A stretch of DNA of 64,000 nucleotides from Monocercomonoides exilis PA203 (GCA_001643675.2 LSRY02000008.1:1550001-1614000); one strand, 5' to 3'; positions 23,078 to 35,869 are shown, counted from the stretch's first letter. A program made the numbers and translations. The notes: generated from the letters alone by a model not told the origin.

Positions 23078-26000
23078 TCACATTCATCCCTTTTGAATAT
23101 TCATGCAAAAGTCCCTATTATCAATTAAAAAAAAAAGAAAAAAAATATTTAAAATGTAATACAAAATATCACAAACCAGTACCATTTTCCTTTCGCAATC
23201 TGCTTCCTTTTCTTCATCTTCATATCCTTCTTGACTTCCTGTCACATTTCTTCTTCAGCCATTTCCTCAATTTTCCGATTATTCTTTTCCGTCGCTTCGC
23301 CTTCTTCTTTTTCAAAATTTAACATAAATCTTCAAATCCCTCCTCTCACATTCATTTCATTTAATGCCTCTGGCTTATTCATCTATATTCTCAAATTTTT
23401 TGTCATTGTCTGATTTCTGAAAAGCATCAAATGTGCTCTTTTTCCCATGTTCATTCATTGCCTGAAAACATCCTTCCATAAATCTTAATCTCTCAAAATA
23501 AATAAAAATAAAATATGTGAAAAAATTGGAGGAAAAAAAAATAATACAAAACAAACTCTAAAATATATTTATTGCCAATCTTCACACGCTTTCTTCTTCT
23601 TCTTCTAAAGCCTCTCAAATTATTGTTCTTTTCTGCTAACAAAACTCGCCTTCTTTGTTTCCGCTGCCAATTTCATTGCCAATGAAATCGATTCTGTTCT
23701 GCTTCCAACAACTTGCTTATTTCCAATTCTTGGCACTGATTCCACTCGAATAATACACAAACAATAAAAATGCTTCAATATAATTTTAATGAAGATGAGG
23801 ATGATGATGACAGCGATGATGGCAATGACAGAGATGAAGATGATAAAGATGGTGAATGCGATGTTATTGTCAAGTTTGAATACTATATACCTTCTGTCAG
23901 AAGATATTCTCAGCATCGCAACCTCGTTCTCTGCTCTTGTGAATAACGTTTCAATGATAGAAGGCTGAAGACAAAGGTCAAACGATAAAAGTCCATTTTG
24001 CCTGTAATTTGCCTCCAGCTGCCGTATTACGCAAAACTGTCCGTTTTTCTCGTTTTTCGCCTCTCAACCCAAGCAATGAAAAGCAGTTCCATCGCTCCCC
24101 TTGGTCCGTAAAATCAATGTCTTGCCCTTCTTCTCCAAAGAAAGGCTCCTTGTTCTGTCCAAACTGATTTCAATCTCCTGTTTCAGTTATTTGCCCCAAT
24201 CTTTCCAACAAACTTAAAAATGAAAATGTCTTCTTCCTCTTTTTAAAAAACGCTCCCTTTTCATAGAGATTGGACATTCTTCCTTTTTGCCTTGGATATC
24301 TTCCAACCCCGTTGATTTCTGCTCCATCAAAACTCATTTTTCATCGCATTTCTATCCATCGCGCATGTTGAGTCCAAAATGAGTAACATAAACATTCGTA
24401 ACAAAATACATTCAGGCTCTAATAATATATTTGTAAGATAACATTTGACTCGCTTCATTGCTGTTCTGTTCTGCATAGAATAAATTGTCCATTTTTAATA
24501 AATCGTCTGAATCACGACTTTGGAGAGGTTACGGATGGAAATATCTTCACAACATATAGAACAATATAAAACACATACATCAAAAATTCAACATTTCTAT
24601 TGAAAATATTGTCGCTCCACAGCATTCCAACAATCAAAATAAACAATTTCATCTTCCATCAAGCAAACATTCTTTTGTAATACCCAACCTTTTCACTGGA
24701 AATATTTCGTTTAGTCAATCTGTCTTTGTTTTAGCTTCGGAATCTCACTCCGTTGACAGTTTCTGAGCATTTGACATTTCTTGATCATTTTCCATAACGA
24801 ATAAGAGCCACAAAAGAAAAGGAGCACAACTCGATGTGCCGTGGCTGAATGGGCATATGAAGACAATGCGATAACAAAAGAATGGATTTATGGTATGGAG
24901 TGATGGAGTTGAGTTCTTGGAGGAAACAGGGTTTTGAGAGGGGAAAGGAACGATAAAGGAATATTTCTTGTGGAAAAGAGATATTTTTGTGAGGTTTAAG
25001 AGGCAAATGGATGTTTGTGGGATGAATGGGGATGGAGTTTTGGAAAGGTTGCTTTTTCGATTTTTGTGAGTTGGAAGGTGCAGAGGTCGTGTTTATTGTT
25101 GGAGAAAAGGAATTTGATGTTGAGGAGGTGGGATGAGAAGGGAGACAAGAAGGGAGGAAGATGGGTGGAGTGAATGGAATATATTTATTGGAGGGGAGGA
25201 TGAGAGATGGAAAGGAAATGGAGAAGAAATGGAAAAGGAATATTATTTTTTTTTTTATTTTTGAATGCAGGGAGAGAGAGGGGGTTCATATGAGGCGGAA
25301 CAAAGAGAAGAGATTTTGTGGATGTATGTTTGATAAGAAAGGGAAGTGGGGTTGAAGTAAAAAATAGCGAGAGATATTTTTTTATCTTTTTTTATTTTTT
25401 CTAGATGAACAGTTTGGACGCGCCAGGTATTTGCAGGGCAAGGGATGGAGGCGGAGGCGGAGGAAGACGGGAAGAAGGAACATCAGCACTGGCGCTTTGC
25501 ATTGGAGGTGCGGAGACAGAGGAAGATGAGGGGCTGACTATGGGAGCTGTCTTGTAATGGAAAGAGACAGAAAAATGATGGAGATATTTTATTTTTAATT
25601 TGAAGAAGGATGATGGAGAATGAAGTGGAAGAGATTTTGTCATTGCTTGTGGAAGAGATGGAGGATGTGTGGTGGAGGGGCGTTGATGTTGTTTTTGGGG
25701 GAAATGGAAAGAAGAAGAAGGTGATGCATCAGAAAGGGATGGGAAGGAGCTCTTCAGATGGAATCTTCTTCTTTTCCAGTTCTTTATGGAATGGAGTTTG
25801 TGAAGTCATTCCTCTGGAAATAGGACCAAGGATTGGAAATAAATGATTTTTGGAGTAAAAGGGAAGCGAAAATGGAAGAATGGAATTTATAGGCATAAAA
25901 GAACGATATTTTAAGAAAAAAAGGAAATGAAGAAGAAAGGACGAATTAGAAAAAGTGTGTGAAGAAAATTCATTATGAAACAGTTTGTTGTTATTTGTTT

Positions 26001-26553
26001 TGTTTTTTTTAAAAAAATATCTTTGATATTTTTTTTCAAATTTGTATATTTTCTTAAATAAAAATTTCATGATATTTTTTATTTAATATATATTTTTATT
26101 CAGAATATTGAGTGAATTGCCGAAAGATGCACAGAAATCCATCATATATTGCCTGAGGAGCGCAGATTGTTTTTATAGCTTTGTTTGAAGAATGAGAGGA
26201 GGAAGAGAAATATTTCATATTTTTTGGATTGAGGGTTGGATGGAGGAAGATGGGAAGAGAAGAATGGTGAGAGTGAGGTTGAATGGGCAATGGAAGAGCG
26301 GGCGAAAACAACATTTAATTTTTTTTTTATTTTTGGAATTGAGTTTGAAAGGCGAAGGCGTGGTGTGGTGTGGTGCTTGGAGTGGATGATGTTGGGGCGA
26401 GAGGTATTTGGAGAGAGGCAAACAGGGGAAGAGGGGAGTGAAGGGAAATGAAGAATTGTGGAGGTATTTTATTCTTGTTTGTTCATTTTCTTCATGTTCC
26501 ATTTTTTATTTATATTTGCATATTTTAATTTGATTGATGTGTAATGCGATCAG

Positions 26554-28230
26554 GTGTTGTCAGAAGCGCTTGGGGAGCATGAAGCATGGGACATGGAAAC
26601 AGAACTTTTTTCTGGGACATTCCTGGAAGAAATTGGGAGAAAACAGCAGCAGAAGATATTTGGCAGAATGATCCAGGCGGAAAAAATGGAGCGAACGGGA
26701 AAAGAAATTTTTGTGAATATTTTTTTTAACAAAAATCTTTTCGGAAGCAGCAGCAGAAGAGGCAGGAAAATGGATACAGCTGCATTGGGATATTTTGCGA
26801 CGCTTTGCCAAGATGCGTGGGGAAGAGAAGGAAAAGGAAGAACTTCTGTGAATGAATTTAATTTCTCATCTTTTTGCCAATATTTCGCTTCACCTTCTAT
26901 TTCCCTTGTATCCCTCTCCAAATTATCATTTTTCAACATCTCAACAGCAAATGATGTATGCTCACCTTCAGCCACTACGTCAACCCAAACCATATGTCTG
27001 ATGAGCAGTTGCTCATTTTTATCTGTTTGTGATGCATATGATGGCGGAATTGTTCCTTCTCTGAACAACCCCTTGGCTTCCTTATCTGTTTCGAACACAT
27101 CATTCGTTGGATGTTGTCGGACAAGGAATGTTGAATGCATTGGAACTTCAGAAGTTCCATTGAAACCAGACAGACAGAATGAAACATTCAATGGAGCAAA
27201 CTCATTTATTTGGTGTGAATGGGATGGATCGAGGACAACAGGAGAAAGCGATTCATGGACGGATGGAATGTCAAGTGGAGGGGCTATCTGCATGTATGGT
27301 CAATCAAACGCCTCTGTGTCTGTTTCCCATTGTGTGTTTAATAATTGTTTTGCATACAGCCGAGGTGGGGGAATAATGTGCGCAAGCATAAAAGAAGTTA
27401 AAATAGAGAATAATACGTTTGATTCTTGTACTGCGCAAAGTCATTACGGAGGAGGAATGCTAATTTATGCTATTTTGGCATGTGTTCGGATCAGCGGATG
27501 TGAATTCCAGAATTGTAAAGCATATAGCACTGGAGGAGGACTTTATCTTAATGATTTTCAGGTTTCAGAAACAGGATGTATTGAAGCAGAAAATGGAGGA
27601 GGAGAGAGTGCGTGTGTGTTTGACTGCTGTTTCACTTCATGTTCAATCACAAGCACATGGGGCGGAGGCATGTATTGTGCAAATATTCCCATCACACAAT
27701 TCAAAATGAGGAATATCAAGTTCATATCGTGCACTGCATCTTCTCATGGCGGGGGATTGGATTTGTATCCATTGAGACAAGGATCACAAAATGATATTAT
27801 TTATTGCTATTTCCTTTTCTTTCATGGTTGTAGATGTTCAAGAGATCAGCCTCATGGCCATGATGTATATTATGAAGATCGATATAGCCTGTATTTATCC
27901 TCGAATAGTCCGTTCTATGAATGTTACACAACAAATACAGATGATCAGAGAGTATGTTACGGATATGATTATACGGATTCTAAGGGTTGGACATATCAGC
28001 ACAAGGAAAAGAAGGATTGGCTGAAGAGAGGGATTCTCAACCGATTTGTGGCAGTGAGTGGTGGTGATGAAGAAGAGTTTTGTGGGGCGAATGAATCATA
28101 TACATGCCGAACCGTTGGTGTTGCAGTTGAAAAGAGCGTGATCCAGGTGAGCCTGTCGGTTACACTGATGGGAGGGAATCACACAAGCGAGACAACAACA
28201 ATTGATATTAGGACAAAGACAAGAGTGTGA
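26554..28230 (+). CDS. chimeric beta-helix protein: N-terminal part of paralog A fused to C-terminal part of paralog C
   Basis: Identical to A up to ...NETFNGANSF (27197) and identical to 30506..32089 from TTSTQT (26974) onward. Confidence 0.8.
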   Translation: MLSEALGEHEAWDMETELFSGTFLEEIGRKQQQKIFGRMIQAEKMERTGKEIFVNIFFNKNLFGSSSRRGRKMDTAALGYFATLCQDAWGREGKGRTSVNEFNFSSFCQYFASPSISLVSLSKLSFFNISTANDVCSPSATTSTQTICLMSSCSFLSVCDAYDGGIVPSLNNPLASLSVSNTSFVGCCRTRNVECIGTSEVPLKPDRQNETFNGANSFIWCEWDGSRTTGESDSWTDGMSSGGAICMYGQSNASVSVSHCVFNNCFAYSRGGGIMCASIKEVKIENNTFDSCTAQSHYGGGMLIYAILACVRISGCEFQNCKAYSTGGGLYLNDFQVSETGCIEAENGGGESACVFDCCFTSCSITSTWGGGMYCANIPITQFKMRNIKFISCTASSHGGGLDLYPLRQGSQNDIIYCYFLFFHGCRCSRDQPHGHDVYYEDRYSLYLSSNSPFYECYTTNTDDQRVCYGYDYTDSKGWTYQHKEKKDWLKRGILNRFVAVSGGDEEEFCGANESYTCRTVGVAVEKSVIQVSLSVTLMGGNHTSETTTIDIRTKTRV

Positions 28231-28458
28231 TTGAGATGAAATCACTTTTGAAGATATCTACAGCAATGAAGGTGAGTTTTGCTGGTAACTTTGGGGAATT
28301 GAATCTGGATATTAATCATTACTTGGCAAACGTGCATTTGTTGTGGATGATTGCGGCATCTTGTGGGTCATAATACATTGGAGCAGGGGAATGTGTTATT
28401 ATTATTTTTTACTGGAATTGCATTCAACATTGGAAAGTGGAACTTATGCTCGCCAAAT

Positions 28459-28496
28459 TTTTATTTTATTTTATTTTATTTTATTTTATTTTATTT
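28459..28496 (+). repeat. (TTTTA)n microsatellite (mirror ~30240-30277)
   Basis: Direct reading. Confidence 0.85.
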
Positions 28497-29240
28497 GACA
28501 TTATTTCAAACGTGCTTCATAAAAATTTTCATTTGAAAAATCATTATTAGGTTCAGTAATTTATCATACCCCGTTTTTTTTTAATCGGGACCTAAATTTT
28601 CTGACTCCCAAGAGCACTTCTGAAAAAATTAAATAATAGAAAACTTTCAAAATATTATTATATACTATTCCTCAAAATATTTTTTATTTATTGATTTTTG
28701 AAGACAAATCTTGAGTTTTTTCTTTTTATTTTTAAGATCAAAGACATGCTCATATTTCAACGAACTTTTTGTTTTGAGTGTTCTGAGTGTTGATATTGCT
28801 ATTAAACTTATCTTTTTTATGTTTTTGGTTATTTTTTTTATTATTAAACACTCATTATTTCATTATTTATATTATTTCACAAAGTTTTGTTTGAATAAAA
28901 AATCGATTGCATATAGGGTTATTCTTTTTCCTCTGACCTCTTTTTTTATCCCCACCCTTTTTTTGTGGAGCTAGCTACGGCTTGATACAAGCTCGGAACC
29001 AACGAAAAATAACTAGAAACGTATATTTTTATATATTTAACTTATGCAGCAAAAATTTTTTTAACAATTCTTTATTATTTCGAGATCTCAGTATTTTTTA
29101 ATTGTATTTTTTAATCATTAAAATGATGGTCTTTCCATGAATATGACATTTTGGAAGTTTTAAGTGACATCATCATTGCACCTCATATCCTTTTTATTGT
29201 TTTTATAACTTTTCTCATTTCACATGTTTCTTTTTCACCT

Positions 29241-29495
29241 GTGTGATTAATTTTGAAATCATAATTTTTCTTTCAATATTTTTGAATCGAATAATTTCAT
29301 TGAACATTAACAAAAGAACACTGAAAAATGAAAAGGCTCATAGAAGACACCTTTATCTTTATTTTTACAAGGACATTAATTAATCAAACACTAAAGACGT
29401 GTTTATCATTTGAATACAAAAAAACTTTCCAAAGACTAACATCCTTTGAAAAAATAGCGCCCCGAAAAAAGTTATGATTTCAATAATTATCACAC
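29241..29495. mobile_element. MITE family A forming the centre of palindrome P3
   Basis: gtgtgattaattttgaaatcataatt ... gttatgatttcaataattatcacac, 255 bp. Its reverse complement aligns internally with 61710-61964 (aaatcataactttt.tcgg.g.g.t...caaagg; tca.tttt.agtgttc). Confidence 0.75.
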
Positions 29496-30505
29496 AGGTG
29501 AAAAAGAAACATGTGAAATGAGAAAAGTTATAAAAACAATAAAAAGGATATGAGGTGCAATGATGATGTCACTTAAAACTTCCAAAATGTCATATTCATG
29601 GAAAGACCATCATTTTAATGATTAAAAAATACAATTAAAAAATACTGAGATCTCGAAATAATAAAGAATTGTTAAAAAAATTTTTGCTGCATAAGTTAAA
29701 TATATAAAAATATACGTTTCTAGTTATTTTTCGTTGGTTCCGAGCTTGTATCAAGCCGTAGCTAGCTCCACAAAAAAAGGGTGGGGATAAAAAAAGAGGT
29801 CAGAGGAAAAAGAATAACCCTATATGCAATCGATTTTTTATTCAAACAAAACTTTGTGAAATAATATAAATAATGAAATAATGAGTGTTTAATAATAAAA
29901 AAAATAACCAAAAACATAAAAAAGATAAGTTTAATAGCAATATCAACACTCAGAACACTCAAAACAAAAAGTTCGTTGAAATATGAGCATGTCTTTGATC
30001 TTAAAAATAAAAAGAAAAAACTCAAGATTTGTCTTCAAAAATCAATAAATAAAAAATATTTTGAGGAATAGTATATAATAATATTTTGAAAGTTTTCTAT
30101 TATTTAATTTTTTCAGAAGTGCTCTTGGGAGTCAGAAAATTTAGGTCCCGATTAAAAAAAAACGGGGTATGATAAATTACTGAACCTAATAATGATTTTT
30201 CAAATGAAAATTTTTATGAAGCACGTTTGAAATAATGTCAAATAAAATAAAATAAAATAAAATAAAATAAAATAAAAATTTGGCGAGCATAAGTTCCACT
30301 TTCCAATGTTGAATGCAATTCCAGTAAAAAATAATAATAACACATTCCCCTGCTCCAATGTATTATGACCCACAAGATGCCGCAATCATCCACAACAAAT
30401 GCACGTTTGCCAAGTAATGATTAATATCCAGATTCAATTCCCCAAAGTTACCAGCAAAACTCACCTTCATTGCTGTAGATATCTTCAAAAGTGATTTCAT
30501 CTCAA

Positions 30506-32089
30506 TCACACTCTTGTCTTTGTCCTAATATCAATTGTTGTTGTCTCGCTTGTGTGATTCCCTCCCATCAGTGTAACCGACAGGCTCACCTGGATCACGC
30601 TCTTTTCAACTGCAACACCAACGGTTCGGCATGTATATGATTCATTCGCCCCACAAAACTCTTCTTCATCACCACCACTCACTGCCACAAATCGGTTGAG
30701 AATCCCTCTCTTCAGCCAATCCTTCTTTTCCTTGTGCTGATATGTCCAACCCTTAGAATCCGTATAATCATATCCGTAACATACTCTCTGATCATCTGTA
30801 TTTGTTGTGTAACATTCATAGAACGGACTATTCGAGGATAAATACAGGCTATATCGATCTTCATAATATACATCATGGCCATGAGGCTGATCTCTTGAAC
30901 ATCTACAACCATGAAAGAAAAGGAAATAGCAATAAATAATATCATTTTGTGATCCTTGTCTCAATGGATACAAATCCAATCCCCCGCCATGAGAAGATGC
31001 AGTGCACGATATGAACTTGATATTCCTCATTTTGAATTGTGTGATGGGAATATTTGCACAATACATGCCTCCGCCCCATGTGCTTGTGATTGAACATGAA
31101 GTGAAACAGCAGTCAAACACACACGCACTCTCTCCTCCTCCATTTTCTGCTTCAATACATCCTGTTTCTGAAACCTGAAAATCATTAAGATAAAGTCCTC
31201 CTCCAGTGCTATATGCTTTACAATTCTGGAATTCACATCCGCTGATCCGAACACATGCCAAAATAGCATAAATTAGCATTCCTCCTCCGTAATGACTTTG
31301 CGCAGTACAAGAATCAAACGTATTATTCTCTATTTTAACTTCTTTTATGCTTGCGCACATTATTCCCCCACCTCGGCTGTATGCAAAACAATTATTAAAC
31401 ACACAATGGGAAACAGACACAGAGGCGTTTGATTGACCATACATGCAGATAGCCCCTCCACTTGACATTCCATCCGTCCATGAATCGCTTTCTCCTGTTG
31501 TCCTCGATCCATCCCATTCACACCAAATAAATGAGTTTGCTCCATTGAATGTTTCATTCTGTCTGTCTGGTTTCAATGGAACTTCTGAAGTTCCAATGCA
31601 TTCAACATTCCTTGTCCGACAACATCCAACGAATGATGTGTTCGAAACAGATAAGGAAGCCAAGGGGTTGTTCAGAGAAGGAACAATTCCGCCATCATAT
31701 GCATCACAAACAGATAAAAATGAGCAACTGCTCATCAGACATATGGTTTGGGTTGACGTAGTTGTTGGAGGTGAACATGCATCATTTGCTGTTGAAATGT
31801 TGAAAAATGTCAGTTGAGAGAGGGATATAAGGGGTATTGAAGGGGATGAGAGGAATGGGGCAGATGAGACACAAAAAGAAGAGAAGTGTGATTCGCTCAC
31901 CGAAATACTCCCTTCAATGCCTTCTCCATATCCATCTCCTTCTCTTCCTCTCCCCCTTTCTCTTTCTCCTCCTTCTCCTCCTTTTTCTTCATCTCCACTC
32001 TTCTCCCTTCCATATCCCTTCCCTCCAAACAGCCTGCCCGAGTATATCTCTCCCTCTCTTCTCCACCCTTTCAATGTAATGTTTGTCAA
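30506..32089 (-). CDS. beta-helix protein paralog C (right arm of P3); least decayed N-terminal region
   Basis: 527-aa ORF with a TTG start in the track. GSISVSESHFSSFCVSSAPFLSSPSIPLISLSQLTFFNISTAN precedes the core. An in-frame TAG lies just upstream. Confidence 0.75.
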   Translation of the reverse strand: MTNITLKGWRREGEIYSGRLFGGKGYGREKSGDEEKGGEGGERERGRGREGDGYGEGIEGSISVSESHFSSFCVSSAPFLSSPSIPLISLSQLTFFNISTANDACSPPTTTSTQTICLMSSCSFLSVCDAYDGGIVPSLNNPLASLSVSNTSFVGCCRTRNVECIGTSEVPLKPDRQNETFNGANSFIWCEWDGSRTTGESDSWTDGMSSGGAICMYGQSNASVSVSHCVFNNCFAYSRGGGIMCASIKEVKIENNTFDSCTAQSHYGGGMLIYAILACVRISGCEFQNCKAYSTGGGLYLNDFQVSETGCIEAENGGGESACVFDCCFTSCSITSTWGGGMYCANIPITQFKMRNIKFISCTASSHGGGLDLYPLRQGSQNDIIYCYFLFFHGCRCSRDQPHGHDVYYEDRYSLYLSSNSPFYECYTTNTDDQRVCYGYDYTDSKGWTYQHKEKKDWLKRGILNRFVAVSGGDEEEFCGANESYTCRTVGVAVEKSVIQVSLSVTLMGGNHTSETTTIDIRTKTRV

Positions 32090-33719
32090 TGCCTAAATAA
32101 GCCTATCTCCCTTTCCACATCTTCTCCTGCTCATAGAAGTAAACGCACACTCACACCAAAAGTATCTCCACAAAACTGCCTTTTCTAATTGCAAACCTGT
32201 CACACCTTCTTTTTCAGAAAGATTTCACATAAATTTATTCAGTTTCCATCTTCTGCTATTCTTCCCAAAGCACGCAAATAAGCTTTCTTTCTGAATTGAA
32301 AATTCAAATGAGGTTGTTATCGATGATTCGTCAAAGGATTTCACTCTCTAAAGAATAAAAGAATCATCTAAAAATAATCAGTGCCAAATAAAAATTGTGA
32401 GAAAAAAGAAGAAAATAAAAAATAAAATAAATAAAAAACCTCAATTGATTCACAGCCATCGTTATCTGCACCAAATCCTGATTCATTCCCACGTCCCTTC
32501 CCTCCTTCTTCCTCTCATTTCTTCACTTTCTTTCCTTCTTCTTTTGTTCTCGTTCGTTTCCTTCCTCTGCAGTTCTGCTTCTGCAACAAATAGCTTCCTT
32601 GTCCTGCATCTGATCGAAGCATTCTTTTGCTTTTCTTCCACCACCGCTGCTGTCTCCCGCCAACAAACAATTGAATTCCCCGTCTCATTGCATTAGCTAC
32701 AACGCGCTGTGGAAGCACCCTCACATTAAAAAAATGCCACTGCTTCAATAATTATTGCAACATGAAAAGAAGACGAATGTCTGATACTTCATTCTTCTTG
32801 TTGGCACACGAGCAGCAGAGTGAACTCAATCAGCGCTAGAAAATATGTTCGCTTGAAAGCAGAATCTGAAGAATTCTCCATTTTTAAAAACCATTTCTAA
32901 TAGAAGCCACAACACAAGATAAACACAAACCAACATCATAACAATCAGAAATAATTAAATTAAACAGTCTTCAGAGAAATTGCTCACCCTCGATGTTCGT
33001 CTGAGAAAACATGGCCGTCTTGTCTAACGTTTGCAAACACCTCAGCGCACCCAATACGAAGCAACAAAGTCCCCACAAATCAACTCCGCATTGATGCCAC
33101 GCAAATGGTGCGCAACAATAAAATCTCTGGATGGCTGCGCTTGAAGAGGTTGACACAAATATTCTGTATTTTTCTGTAGTTGCCTGTGGTGTCGAAGAAA
33201 GCAAACTTCGAATGATAATCGCCTTGCTTGCTCAAAATGGCAGTCCATTCGAAAAATGAAATCCAAAAGCGTTTGGCCTGAATGTTGTTCGACTGCCAAC
33301 AAATATTCGACAATTGGATGTCTCGTAGTTGGCGTTTCTCCACTCTTTTGAAGCAAAAGCGGAATCACAAATAGAATTTCGCAGCCTTCCATGGCTGCCT
33401 GGCACAGTCCGAGAAGCAGGAAAGTCTTATAAATAAAACTGATATTTTGGGGCTCTGCTTTTTTCCATTGAATTCTTGCCTTTTTTTTTGTGATTAATAT
33501 CCTTCCCTCGATATTGCCTGCCACTTTCCTTGCAAAAAAATGCTTCACTGCATTAAATTCCAAAATGCTATACAATATTGTGCAGATTTTGTCCTTCACA
33601 GAATTCCATCCACTTTTTGTCTTCATTTTATAATATGAAAGTTGAATTTGTTTTCACCTCTTGCACCAAATAAAAATTTATAAAAATCATGTATCTTCCA
33701 TAACTTCATTTGATTCCCA

Positions 33720-34000
33720 ATGTCTATATAATAATCTGCTCCGTTCTCATCGTATTGCTCCACAAAGCGGAGATTGGCCATTTCAACAATAATTCGGATT
33801 CCTGCACTTTGGAAAGGATACAGATGGAAATATCTTCACAATCAATAGAACAATATAAATTACATACATTATATCTTTTTGTGTTATTGATGAAATTGTT
33901 GTGTTCCCCTTGGCCACCCAATTATCAATAATCATCAGACAGAATTTCAGCATAATTGCATCTCCACCATTGTCTGTTGTCACACAGGAAATAATATTTC
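33720..34000 (-). repeat. diverged copy of the decayed coding-like segment at ~9900-10110 (also ~55760-55970 and mirrors)
   Basis: Translations align: NVCNLYCSIDCEDISICILSKV vs DVCVLYCSICCEDISIRNLSKV. Confidence 0.6.
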
Positions 34001-34419
34001 TAGCCCTACAGGCAATGTTCACTCACGGATTTCTCATTCTGTGAATGGAATATTCCGTTTTTTCAAATCTGATGATCATAGAATCCATTACAAAAAAGAC
34101 TCAAGTTACAAACCGTTGTTTTTCTTCTCGGATGCAAGCCAAAAATAACCAACAGTAAATAGGATGGCGCGAGCACAGCTATTTTCGTGATTGCATAACA
34201 TTGTATTTATTTGTCTGTTTTTCCTGTTCAGGCATGGGCTCATTCAATATGAATGATGAAATGGCATTTCTTTCTGGCTGCAATTACTTTCCAAAAATGC
34301 AGGCTGTGCTTTGCACAAATGGATGTTTATGGTCTGCAGACATCGTTTCAATGGAATTCTTGTCAATTTCATTTCTTTCTTTCTTTTTTTCTTTGATTGC
34401 TTTTTTGTTGAATAATTGT

Positions 34420-35690
34420 TTTGTGGGCTTGAAGATTTCGCGGAGGATGGGCAGAAGCAGAAAGCCCCTTGGATGTTAAGGAGCGGATGGATGTGAACGA
34501 GTTCCAATCCGTTTTCGAGGCAGAGCTGCTCAACAGAATGCAGAAAAAGATTAAAGAAAGGAAAATATTCACCAGAAAATTCAATGTTGATATTGAAGGT
34601 TGGTGGATATAATAAAATAATGAAGAGGATCCTTAATTGTCGCTCTCATTTTTTCCGAGTTGAACGGAAGAGTTGATAGGAATGATTGCAGATGAAACTG
34701 AGAAGAAAGAAGAGAAAGAGGGAAAAGCAGGTGACTGATCTTTGCGAATGCCATGTTTCTCTGAGTGAAAACTACCCGCCTGGATTGCTTTCGATTTGTG
34801 TGTCTTGCCTTGTGAAAGCTTTGCTGAAGAGAGAAGGCAACGAGGAGACGCAAACAGAAGAGGAAATGGCTTTGCTGAGTTTGAGGTGTGTCAATGACAT
34901 TCGGGTTTGAAACATTTTTATGATTGTTATTTTTGTTATTTTTCAGAAAATAGAGAAAATATGGAATAGACGACAGAAAGAGAAGGATCCCTGAAGGAGC
35001 TGGCGGAAATCATGGAGTATCATCCAGAGCACAACAATCTGGCTGGGCTTGTGTGTGTCGGTCAGCTCGGGAGTTTTTGATTAGCCATGTTTATCTGCGA
35101 TGGATCATTGGAAACAGTCACCGCGAATGAGCCTGATTTTTGGAAGGAAGCAGCAAAGGAATTGGAAATGAGAGAGAGAGAGAGAGAGAAGAAAGAAGAC
35201 GATGAGAAAAAGAGATTCTTTTGAAGAGATGGCTGCGAGCATTGGAGTCTTTCTTGTGCTCATGCGCGTTGTGGAGCAAAGAATATTCAGGGCCTATCAA
35301 CAGGGTTGCTGGGGCATCTGGAGCAGCGAAGGATAACAAGAGAGGAATGGGGAAGGAATGGATTTGTTTTATTCTATGGAGCAACGGATGGCAAATTGAT
35401 AGAAATTGAAGGGTTAATGAAAGACAGAGCCATCGATGGCAGCTTGGAAGGGATCGTTCGATCAGAAGTTGGATGCACTCAGATTGAGGTTTGTTTGTCG
35501 TTTTTTTCAGAGAACTTTGCAAGCAGACTGGAGAACAAGAAGGGAAGGGAAAAGAAAGCGAAGAGGCAAAAAAGGAATAAGAGATGAAGAGAGAAGCGTG
35601 GCGGAGCAGGAGGAGGAAGAAGGGAATGAAGGTTGAGTGGTGGGATTGGGCCATTGCATGAGCAAAAGAGCGGCCTGTTTGTATTTTTGT
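34420..35690 (+). pseudogene. decayed member of an expanded oxymonad (Monocercomonoides-type) hypothetical protein family
   Basis: Frameshifted segments EFQSVFEAELLNRMQKKIKE, DLCECHVSL..LLSICVSCLVKALLKREGNEETQTEEEMALLSL, KELAEIMEYHPEHNNLAGL..SAREFLI, and KRWLRALESFLCSCALWSKEYSG. These match a family motif recalled from M. exilis proteins; no search was run. Confidence 0.6.
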
Positions 35691-35867
35691 GTGTCTGCAC
35701 CGCGCTGCCGTCGCTTGATGGGCGACTCTGTGAGCACAAAGCAAACTGAGAAGGAGGGAGGAAAAATGGAAGGCGGATGCTTTGTCATGTTGAAGCCGCA
35801 CCGTTTCTTGCTTTGGGAGCCGAGTGCTCTCCTTGGCCAGCATGTTCAGATGAAATGCGAGCAAGCA

Positions 35868-35869
35868 CT

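Larger units (their letters stand above)
7355..27197. repeat. giant palindrome P2 (~9.9-kb arms, 140-bp spacer 17211-17350)
   Basis: Dozens of mirror ORFs with sums 34551-34561. Inner edges are tcaaaaatgt (17210) / acatttttga (17351). Outer edge is at atggagc inside the beta-helix genes. Confidence 0.95.
26974..31762. repeat. giant palindrome P3 (~2.3-kb arms; the spacer is a 255-bp MITE)
   Basis: Mirror ORFs sum to 58736. Arms match up to gtgtgat (29247) / atcacac (29489). Confidence 0.95.
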
